64,000 nucleotides of DNA, taken from Amoebophrya sp. A120. Taxonomy: Eukaryota; Protista; Dinoflagellata. A program made the translations under genes and the position numbers. This document shows positions 25,901 through 35,400 of this stretch, in pieces. A model generated the notes under the pieces. The model was not told the origin of the DNA, made no database searches, and saw only the letters and a list, made by a program, of their open reading frames with translations. Every line of letters starts with the position of its first letter. Position 1 is the stretch's first letter. Location: positions 10,782,311-10,846,310 of the forward strand of contig CAJINV010000001.1 of NCBI GenBank assembly GCA_905178155.1. Reading direction: 5' to 3'.

Positions 25901-28723
25901 GGAAACAACCTGATGGACGCGGTGTTGAACGAAGCGAAGGGATTCGTGCCCCCCGACGCGCACCACGACGTGTCCGTGGAAGCGAAGCAACTGCGCGAAG
26001 AACTTGTGCAGGTGCAAATCCTGCGCGCGAACGAGAAGGAGATGGTGCTAGCCACCAAGCGGCACATCGACCAAAAGTACGCAGCGCAGTTGGAGTTGCA
26101 GGTGGCGAAAAGCAAAAGTCGGGATCTGGTGGACAAACTGACGGACGCGGACATCGCGAAATTGACGGCGCAAAAAGAGTTGGAAAGCGTGAGGGCGATG
26201 CTGGACCAGACCGAAAAGAGCAAGAACGCGCTGGTGTCGGAGCTTCAACTCGTGGAGGAAAAGCTGGAGATTGCGCAGTCTGCGGTGCAAAATGCGCAAG
26301 CTGACATCGAGAAGCTGCTGGCGGAAGTGAAGGAGCTTGAAACCGTGAAACAAACCCTGCAGGAAGATTTGAGGCAAAGTCGATCTGACCAAGCGGAGCA
26401 GGAACGAAAGAGAGCAGAAGTTGTGGAAGAAAAGTTGCTCGCGGAGCAAAAGTTGGAAGACTTGGAAAAACAGCACGGAAAAATCCAGCAAGAGCAGGCG
26501 CAGCTAGTTGAGGCAAAGTTGTACCTGGAAAAATTGCACGAAGAAAGAAAAATGGAAAAGGAAGAGCTGGAAACGGAGTTGGGGCGTGTGAAGGATGTCA
26601 TGAAAAACACGGAGGTAGCAGCCATAGCCGACAGCGACGGGGAGAGAGCAAAATTGAAGCAGCAGTTGGAAGATTTGCGGGCGAAACACGCAAAAGCGCA
26701 GGAGGAGCTGGCCTTGCACGTGGAAGAGAAAAACCAGAAAAACGCCGACATGCTGAACCACCTGGCGGACATGCACGACTTGCACGCGGAGGCGCAGGGC
26801 AGTCTAGACACAGAGTTGCAGTCCAGCAAAGCGAACGAGGCGTTGCTGTTGCAGAAAATTGCGGATCTGGAAGCGGAAAAGAACGATTTGCAACTGGCTC
26901 TGCACACCACACAGCTCGTGTCCTCCGGCGGCCGCGGGATCGGTCGTGCGGCTGGCGACGCCGGTGGTGGTGAAGATGTTGAAAGCCCACGACCGCCCGG
27001 TGCGACTGTGGCTGCACTGCCGCGTCACGCGAGCGAGGGAGAGGCGAGAGAGGAGGACTTTGGTACAGAAAACGCGTCCGGCGCTATCGATTTGCAAGAG
27101 GCTGTTGGTTCTCAGTTTCGTCTTCCGGCTGCGAAAGTGGTGGCAACGGACGGGGAGAAGGCTGCGCCGGTAGTCGGTCCGCTCGTGATTGAGGAGGGGA
27201 TGCAGGACGAAAGTGGCGAAGAACAGGAAATAGACGGAGGCCAACATGTTGAGCAAGGGTCAGACTTAGATCCGCTTCCGCCTATGAAAGAAATCGATAC
27301 ACAAGAAGAAAGTGGACAAAAAGGAGCGCCCAAGGCTCCCTCGCATGCGTCGCCGTTCCCGGCAGCCTCCGATGCTGAGGATCCAGATTCCGCTGCTGGA
27401 AAAAGAGAACACGCACCTACTTCGAGTGACCAGGGCATCTCTGCCCTTCCAGAGGAAAATAAAATCGACACAATTTTGGACAACGCCGACACTGTCGCAG
27501 ACAACGGAACCAACGACAAGAGTCAAGACATCAGTGCGGACAACACGATCGCGTTGGATACAGATACTACTAAAGTCCGGTCTCTCGTCAAAGACCACCA
27601 CATGCGGACCTCCCGCGTCGCCCTCCCGTCCCCGCCCCGCGGCCGGCGCAACTTGCGACCGCTGGCCGCCGCGCGGAGGCGCGGCGAGGCAGCTGAAGCG
27701 GAGGAGCAGGGCGCGATGGGAGCTTTGGTGGACGACACGGTGCGGCTCATGAAGGAGATGCACGTCACGGAAGCCTTTAGCGGACTGAATCTAACCGCCG
27801 TAACGGCCATGGTGAATGACAACGTCGCCAAGGTGAACGAAATTCTCGAGCCCATGGAGATAGTCGCTTTCGACGAAGACGACCTCGGACACCCCGACAG
27901 TACTAGAGACAAAAACGGCAACTACACGCGGTCCTCTGGAGGTGGTATCAAGCGGTACGATCGAATGGCTTCTTCGAAAGATGACGACTCGAGTTCCGCC
28001 GGTTCTGCTGCGGGGAACCGTGATGGCGGAAAGAAGGAAGAAGAGGAGGAAAAAAGCCTTTTTTCGCTAGTTGGCGACTTTGCTTTTGACGTTGGAGCGG
28101 CGGTAGGCGAGTACGCCGGAGAGACAATGACGGCGCCGACGAACAAAGGTGAGATGAATGTTTCGAAAGATTCCACCACAACGAAAAATGTGGCGTCGCT
28201 CATCCCATTTCACGGGGAGAACATTGTCAAGCTCGAAAAGAAGAGCAGTAACCCGCAAACAACTGGGCCTGTGGTGGTGCTATCCGCGTTGCCGTCGTTC
28301 TTGGAAATGGACCGAGACAACAAGGAGATGCCGGATCTGCCAGCAGGCGCTGCTGCGCATTCAGAAGAACAGGGGGCCCTGTTTTCTACTATTCAGTTTT
28401 TAGAGCAACCGACGCCTACAGATGATGCCCCAGGAGTGGGAACGAGAACAGGAACACCGCCCCCGGGGGCGGCGGGTGGCGCCGACGCAGCTGCATCCGC
28501 GGCCGCTCAACCCGCCGCAACGAGGCGGAGTCTCGCAAATGCAGTAGATGAAGACATTTCAGCGCGCGGCACAACCGGGAGTGGTGGCACGGGCGCGCGG
28601 CGGATTTTGGCGCAGGGTTTGAACAATAGTAACCGACCGAGTTTGAGCCTCCCGCTCAACCAGCGCACCGGTCATCGCAGATCGCAAACTTTTAGAATTC
28701 CGAGCAGCAGCACCAATTTGTAG
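22949..28723 (+). CDS. Large coiled-coil / low-complexity protein (1924 aa)
   Basis: Uninterrupted ORF with long E/K/Q/L heptad-rich segments and disordered ends. Confidence 0.8.
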   Translation: MPSAPTPNRSTSPSERRRSAAEHRARNHRRSAAPAGQSIYSAHLPVVLVQSPYNTTNRSQYGPLLFNPEEVHEPVGRGSTDEEQDPPFPVRTRRRSRGSMQALGGVQPAPEEDSQSPDAPRRDSMQTLEGQSALIQMSGSSGEENQNAHRSSLLGIGDQDPPLARLNSSDDEGKKSSFVASTPEQGMDSDIPVPSPGATQTGILAGEEVSSPAAGKRSSMAALGTGDAEQTGVMMSNPGTPEDGTTPRLAGNKSAELTLTERLKLPQLASMDTLAGNNIEGANTHTQDMIAVAYTDQTIAAPPTGAETTVAALDKPSAITTEEQPVIWQRQGRRREEPQPQIVAEVAAAPAVVTVQQHQGDAANITVEKEGENNKKEEQVAQKVEQGKQIAAAMAPSGPTVTLAATISAAHDHQETFLQREDDLEVAEAQRDELLAEAAAVEAKAENNALAVEQQLTAQKREVEKMRAEAKRILAAAQAERDELLANAEAEVAHLQLKAEEQKRHLDAQEEELKRVDEDRAADKEKFVQEAKKVLVQAEKEREKILQDACSTAEDIQNLFFEADIGQEFLNLLKDLRQLSHSLAAELPVLGVGLTAHDQMISQNAIATSSSSNSEADEVDQEQMGGVTSDEEVDPTAAKNPAISREGDAVMKNAPEQEDQEQDQSSTIPILTKIESAEQAAELLLPSRTDLSKICEQIDLLLLQAREIHTAGGLQKVLAIVASSQKMFDAQRKAELDRAKEDETSTDESASGHVTAAGLFPVAKRRSTNTQMEVEERERKIALLQEENEDLKDKLERLAHELAEKETELNDPLRLADRQKRASRGKTGSRSGDAVVQAVLPSAAAVADCDAASALAALDLAQNDAGAPATQTASAEALAAIDGSSTTNANATAEQRTQSMPTTTWQQDGAYVQLPTMTLTELAAKTAAVFQKEEKLRQKERQLAERALSLSEEAKLLEQGTQELEQLQEELHVREEALIEREQEGNNLMDAVLNEAKGFVPPDAHHDVSVEAKQLREELVQVQILRANEKEMVLATKRHIDQKYAAQLELQVAKSKSRDLVDKLTDADIAKLTAQKELESVRAMLDQTEKSKNALVSELQLVEEKLEIAQSAVQNAQADIEKLLAEVKELETVKQTLQEDLRQSRSDQAEQERKRAEVVEEKLLAEQKLEDLEKQHGKIQQEQAQLVEAKLYLEKLHEERKMEKEELETELGRVKDVMKNTEVAAIADSDGERAKLKQQLEDLRAKHAKAQEELALHVEEKNQKNADMLNHLADMHDLHAEAQGSLDTELQSSKANEALLLQKIADLEAEKNDLQLALHTTQLVSSGGRGIGRAAGDAGGGEDVESPRPPGATVAALPRHASEGEAREEDFGTENASGAIDLQEAVGSQFRLPAAKVVATDGEKAAPVVGPLVIEEGMQDESGEEQEIDGGQHVEQGSDLDPLPPMKEIDTQEESGQKGAPKAPSHASPFPAASDAEDPDSAAGKREHAPTSSDQGISALPEENKIDTILDNADTVADNGTNDKSQDISADNTIALDTDTTKVRSLVKDHHMRTSRVALPSPPRGRRNLRPLAAARRRGEAAEAEEQGAMGALVDDTVRLMKEMHVTEAFSGLNLTAVTAMVNDNVAKVNEILEPMEIVAFDEDDLGHPDSTRDKNGNYTRSSGGGIKRYDRMASSKDDDSSSAGSAAGNRDGGKKEEEEEKSLFSLVGDFAFDVGAAVGEYAGETMTAPTNKGEMNVSKDSTTTKNVASLIPFHGENIVKLEKKSSNPQTTGPVVVLSALPSFLEMDRDNKEMPDLPAGAAAHSEEQGALFSTIQFLEQPTPTDDAPGVGTRTGTPPPGAAGGADAAASAAAQPAATRRSLANAVDEDISARGTTGSGGTGARRILAQGLNNSNRPSLSLPLNQRTGHRRSQTFRIPSSSTNL

Positions 28724-29439
28724 TAAGTACGCATTTATCATTGTTCATCTCCCGACATGGAGTAGGAGTAGGAGTACGCGCACGCAGTTAGTAAGTACGC
28801 ATTTTTTGTTCTTCCTGAGTACAAATTCTGCCGAAGATAATGGCACGGCATAACGCATTAGATTTTGTTTATTTCGTACAAGCGAAGTTCAGAGTGAAAA
28901 AGAAAATCTGCCCTCCAGGGCTCGGTTATATGCTGCGGCAGCACGACACAACTTGTTTGAAGGGGGCGGTTGCTGCTTTTCGTGTTCCAATGTGTGTCGG
29001 TGCCCGGGAGTGACAGCGGGTCAGTATCGATAGAGGAAATCGGGCCTCATTGAGGATTTCTGGAGCGAAAACGAAACCTCAGAGTGCAGAATCAAAGTTG
29101 CAATCGTCTAGACAAGTTGCTTGCGTGATTTCGTCGTGTTGACAGTGCTTAAACAATCTAAAACTTTGTTCCGTCACGTGGCACAATGTCGCTTCCTCTC
29201 TTGATCACGACTGCTCAGCGGCTAGAAGAAGAGAATGCTCCTCTCGCAGCTCTCAGCCGCCTTCTACCCTTGTGGCAGTTAGTGAAAGAAGAAGGCCAAC
29301 AACGGTCGTGTGAGGTGCGCCGCAGCAAGTCCGGGCAGCTGCGCGACAAGATCTGCTTGTTCCAGACACGAAGACCACCGGCCTCATCTGGTCGTGTCCT
29401 CATTCGAAACACGAGAAATCAGGGCTGGTTTGTGCAGCC

Positions 29440-32400
29440 ATGCCCGCGGACACGGAACACACCCGAGCGCTGCTCTCTTCGGCGCCCAGCCTGGAGAAAG
29501 GCAGCACCGCGCTGCATGCGGCGGCGATCAGCGGAGACCTCGCGTTGATGGAGTCGCTTCTGCGGCGGCACGCGGATCTGCTGGACAGCCCGAACTCGAG
29601 CGGCCTTACCCCGCTTTCCGTCGCGGTTTCCAGTGGGAACCTGGAGATGGTCGAACTTCTTCTGACAAACGGCGCGAAGCTCGGGGTACAAACTTCTTTC
29701 GGGATGAGCATTCTGGAGGTGGCGGCGCAAAAGGCACCCGAAATCGAAATGTTTCTCCGGAAGACTGCCGAAGCGAGGAAAACGGAACTAGCACAGAAGT
29801 TGGCAGAAGCACAGGAACTCTACTACAGGATCGACGCGGAGCTGCAGGACTTGCACAAGCTGACGGACTCCAGTCCACCGACGGCAGTAGGAGCAGTTGT
29901 AAACCATTCAATATCTCCACAGGAGGAGCAAGAGCAACCGGCAAACGACGAGCAGGAAGTAGATGAGGATGCAAGTGCAGAGCAAGGCGGATCCGATGCA
30001 GCTGGAGCGAAGGAGACCGTGCCGGGAGAGGATGTCGTTCGTGCAACCTCCGCGAACAAGCCGGCAGAGCCTGCTACAGCACCGGCACCAGCAGCCGAAA
30101 AGTCTCTTCCTATCGGGCCTAAGGACCACTACTACGTCCGCTATGCAAATGAGATTCAATCCTGCATCACCGCGCTGGCCGACGCTAGGCAGTACTGGAG
30201 CCCGGTGTTTGTCGGAAATTTCTTCGGCTCAGCCTTCGCGCAAGAAGTAAAACCATCTAAGCTATCATCAAGAGATTCATCCTCAGCTCCCAACAGTACC
30301 AAAAAAGCAAAGCGCAAGTTCAACGAAATACGTGTGGCCGAGGCGGACTTGAGTTTGCAATCCGCCGTACACCGGCTGATGACCATGGCGGCAGATCGCA
30401 AAGCGCATTTAGACCACACGCAGGCCTTGGAACTCCCCTTGAAAGAGGTAGACGTGTACACGAAGACGGGCGTAGCGGTCGAGTCTGGCTCCTCCGAAGA
30501 AGAGAATATTGCGACCGACGTGATGGCGCGCGTCATGGCAAAGGAAATACCGGTGGTGAAGGTACGACACGGAAATTTTTTTTCTATGGCGTCCGCAACC
30601 ATGTTTGTTCTTGTTGTATGGAACACTCTAGGTTACTCTTTTGTGCGAAGGCTATGTTTTTGTTGTGTCTGTAGTTGTACTTGTACATCTTCTTATATTT
30701 TAGGAATCGAAATTTCGTCGACTTCCAAACTACTACGTTGAAGACGCAATATCACAGGATGACCCCTATCAAGTTAGCGCCGATGGGCACTTGCTAAGTG
30801 CCGGGAAGGAGATCAACTACTGGGAAAGTTTGGTGTTTCCGGACCAGAAAAAATACACGGAGCCCAGCGAGTCTGACACCGACCGAACTGTCAGAGGGTA
30901 TGAAGTTTTAGTAATTTTTGCTGTCAGAGGCAGCGGTTGCGGTAGAAGGACGAGGATCTTTTTCATAATTCTCGGTGCTTCGAATGAAGACCCTCGATCT
31001 TGCATCTAGGGTGCAATATTTGTACTATAATTTCAGCATGACCTTTCTTGATGACGATGAGATGATCCTCTGAGGGTAATCAATATCAACTGTACAACGA
31101 AATTTATTCAAGGGACTGGTTCGGGAACCCGATGGCTGTAGTGAAGGACATCTTTGTCGTTGGCCGGCGCTTCATCACTTCGGAGGTATTCACGACGAGC
31201 GTGAAGCTTCTGAAAAAAGAAAAAGCAGTTCCGCCCGGCACGGTGCTGGGATTCCTGTCCGGAGAGTATTGCAGGTAAAGGCGGAGGAAGTAGTGTGATT
31301 TTAGTGCATTCATGTTTTAGCAACATGCAGGGAGTTCATCTTCAGCAGGTCGTGTCTTTTTTGCATGAAGATTTTTCAGCAGCTGCAGCTGCAGTTTGGT
31401 TTGATACCGAATGCTGAAACGCAAAGAAATCTTATTATCAGGAAACAAGTGTACGACGCACAGAACGCGAGCGAGAGCGGGTACTTTTTCGCTCCTGGTA
31501 CTTACGCGGTACAGAAGCTGTGCGCCGATCGCAGTGTTGCTGCGGAGCGACTCTTTTTACTGCTGGACTCGCCGGAAGTGAATCCGCTGAATGCAATCGG
31601 TGACGTCACTGGCGACCCGTTTCGATTGCTCGAGAGGCAGCCAGACAGTACTAGCTTATTTATTGTCACACTTATTTTGTTTTGTTGTTGTTAGGAATTC
31701 TGAACACATTCACAGCATACGAATAGCGGCCGAGTTCGCATCTTTCTGTTTGGAATGATTCAGAACGGAGTACTGATTCACATCTGTATACAGGTGGTGT
31801 TTCAAGATGGATTGATTCGTTTGGTTTGGTCAACCAGACCACAAAGACGACGAGACGACTAAGCTAAACGGTTAGGATCGTTACTGTGCTGAAGATCAAG
31901 ATCGATGGAACCACGCAGGGGAGCTTGAACACGCATTGCATGCTGTGTGCATAAAGCTCTAGTCAACATTCCCCCCCCCAAGCGCAAGCCGTTTCTCGAA
32001 AATCGCAGCAAGTAAAAGCTGTTCGACAAAATCACCACCAGAAGCTTGCAATGAAAAAGCAAAGCAGAATGGTGGATCACAAGTTTTTCTTTCAAAAGCG
32101 ATCAGGATGGCTACGGCATGAAAAAGCGCAAGGGGCTCCGGCGTATACAAGTTCCTTTCTAAGCCCAAAGGTCTTCAAGTGAAAAGAAGAGACCGGGCAC
32201 GCCTACCACAGTGAAACAAGCGTCGACCTCCTCAGGGTCTTCGGACACTTTCACTTTCCTCTTGTTCGTCATGTGCGGATTGTGGTGGAAGACGTGATCT
32301 CGAACCTCACGAGGCACATTGTTCTTTGTGAGGCAATCAGCTTTCATGTGCTCAGTGGGACAGAACTTAATCTTTTCGCATTCATCCGCAACTTTGTGGT

Positions 32401-35400
32401 AGCGCAGGGCAACGTGGCGGCTACGCGGGCGCTGTGCATCGCCTGGCGTCTTGGCGACCGTGATGGCGGTCTGATTGTCCATCCAAAGGTCTTCGCTAGC
32501 ATCGCGATCTTCAAGAAAACCCTTGAAGGTGCATGTCTCGGACATGATCAGTCCATCAGAGCCAGCTACAAACTCTGCTTCGAATGTGGAATGCGTTCTG
32601 ACCGATTGGCGCGCGGTCTTCCACACGATGGGGGCGCCTCTGTAGTACAGCAGAGCGCCAGACGTGCTTTTCAACGTTACAAAACAAGATGCAAAACTTG
32701 CGTCGGTGAAGAGATTCCAGTCTTTCAACTTTTCTCCCTTTTGCAGAAGTGATCCGTATACCTGCTTGAACTTTTGTTCGTTCTCGGGTGAGTAGTCGAT
32801 GCCTACGTCTTCGGTGTGAATGACATAGCGCAAAACTTTCTTTACGCATGCGACTACTGCTTTGGTGCAGGGCTTGCTTGCTACCTTTGCGAGGCAGTTA
32901 ACGGGCTGCGCGATGTCGGGCCTACAAATCGTTACGCACCATTGCAGGGCACCTACAGCTTCCCGCAACGGGAATTTCACTTCGGGCGAGGCGGTATCGT
33001 ACAGAGCTGATTCGGTGAAGCATGGATTGTCAACTTTCTTACAACCAACCATGCCAAACTTCGGAGCTAGTTTTGTTCGGATGTAACTCTGCATGCAAAT
33101 GCGTACTTTGTACTTGTTCGGGTTGTAGTGGACGTCTGCACCGAGCTGATCATACAAAAGATCACCATTTGGCTGGTGTTCGGGCTCAATGATCTTGCCA
33201 GGAAACTCTTTCAAAATCAAACTGACTTCATGCCTAAGCTCGTGCTCGTCCGGGCCTGTTGCGGTGTTGTCATCTACATAAACTCCCATCTTCATATACT
33301 TACTGAACTTCTTGTAACTCTGGAAGTTGTTGCCTGTGGCCTTGGAGAGCTTTCTCCACAACCCTTTTTCTGTTGACTGTGTCCAACCGAGACTGACTAA
33401 CTTCTTTTCGTAGTGCTTTGCCCACAGCCTCGGGGATTGTGGTAACCCATAAAGGGCACGAACTAGCTTCCGAATACCATCGTCGTTTTGCTCACGCCAT
33501 TCCTTTGGCAGACGAATGAAAATTTCCGAATCGATCAAGCTCTGTACGAATGCGTTGTCAATGTCAAACAAAATTATGGCATCACCATGCGCGGCGGCAT
33601 CGATCAGCAGGTAGCGCGAGGCTCCAAAGCTGATTACGGGCGCGTAAACTTCTAACTCACCGCCGGGCTTGTAGAGATTACCTAGGACGACAGCACGGCA
33701 CTTGAACTTGCCACAGCGCTTGCGGCTAAGCACCAATGCTATCGGGACCACGCCTGTGGTCTTAGCGCGTTCTAACTCTTCTGGAGTAGGCACTCTCCAC
33801 GTCTGAAACGCCTCAAGCTTGCACTTCTCGAGGGATTTGGCTTCTAACCAGTGCGGCGCATCTGGCGAGCTCATCGCGGCAACGTTCGCGAACTGTGGAA
33901 GTGCTTCGACTAACTCTTCACCCTCTTCGAAATCGTCTACGACGCTGTCACATACATAACAATCATTGATCACTTCTGCAAAGTCGGCATAAAACGCATC
34001 TGAGTTCTCGGCTTCGGACAATTGCTGCTTTGTTCTTCGCGTGCGTTGCGTTTTGTCCTTTGCCCCTTTGGGCCTACCGCGCGGGCGCTTGGTCTTTTCG
34101 CGACCAAAGACCACTTCAGGGTCTGGCTCATGGTGTTCAACCGTGTTCCGGGCGGGCGCGCGCGATGAAACTGAATCAGGTGCGGAATGCGGATTTTGTA
34201 CTTGCGAATTGTCACCACTGGCATGCTGATTTGACTGAAGATTGATGTCTTTGAACGAGGCAGAGGATGCGTTATGAGCGTGTTCTTGTGAAGCTGCTTT
34301 CTCGACTTCTAAAAGTGGCAGGGAGTTGGACCCGCCAACCCCCCCAGAACCTGAGACCTCTGAACCACCCGGATTTTTGCGCACAGGAGCACAATCCCGA
34401 TCAGAACCAACCACCCGGGCATTGTCCTTCGAGCCACAGATAGTCTGCAGGAGCTGGTCGTCTGAAACTACGACGCCACCGCGGTACCCTGGGCGTAGAG
34501 AGTCAACATTGTCGATCAAAACTGACTCGACAAACTTCACGGCGTTTGTTTCGTAAACTGCCCAGCGCAAAGCGCCGGCCTTGGAGTATCGATCATCCTT
34601 AACGTAAGTTCCAACTAGATAGCACGAGGACTGATCGCAATACCCAAGAAAGACTCCTTTCGTGTACTTCTCTACAAGTTTCTTGACCCCTTCTACTGGC
34701 TGTCTCAGGAAATAAGCGAGGCAACCGAAGCGACGCATCCTGGAGTCAAAATTCGAAGTCTTCAATATCTCATCGGGCTCTTGGGGTTCTGTGCGAGAAA
34801 CTTTCCGGTCATTTTGCAGTGACTTCCTCTGTCGACAAGCTTCCAAAGGTGAGAGACCATTGAACTGAGGGGCGCGCTTGTAGAATTTCCGCTGTAAGCG
34901 ATTCCACGTGTATACAAAGTAAGAAGCGGCATAATCCCAAAGTCTCAAGTCGACACCCACTAGATTAGCCCTTAAACCGGGACCCAGAGTACCCATGAAG
35001 CGTTCGCACACACCATTTTTCTGTGGTACGTATGGGACTGAGTGCTGCCGAAAAACGGAGAGCGCTTGGAGCGTATCCTCCCACTTCTTTGCTCTGAACG
35101 TGGGGTCGTTGTCACTGCGGACAAACCATACGACCTTATCTGTCAAGTCGATGCTGTCCGATGCGCGAAGTTGCTTGATTAGCCGTTCTACGACTGCGTA
35201 GGCCTGATCTTTGTGCTTCAACTTGAACTCAAACACACGCGCAACAGCAGGGCAAATGAAAATCAATAGCCATGAATTGCCTGTCAAGCTGACGGGTTTG
35301 ACTGGACCCCAAAAGTCAGCATCAAGTTGCTTTAGCGGTGTTGGATCAGAGTACTTCTGTGGTCGTTCTTTCCTAGCACCTGACCTGCCACCCTTTGCGA

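Noticed and set aside
28721-28803. Duplicated TAGTAAGTACGCATTT after the coiled-coil gene stop
   Set aside because: Short local duplication in a 3' region with no other structure
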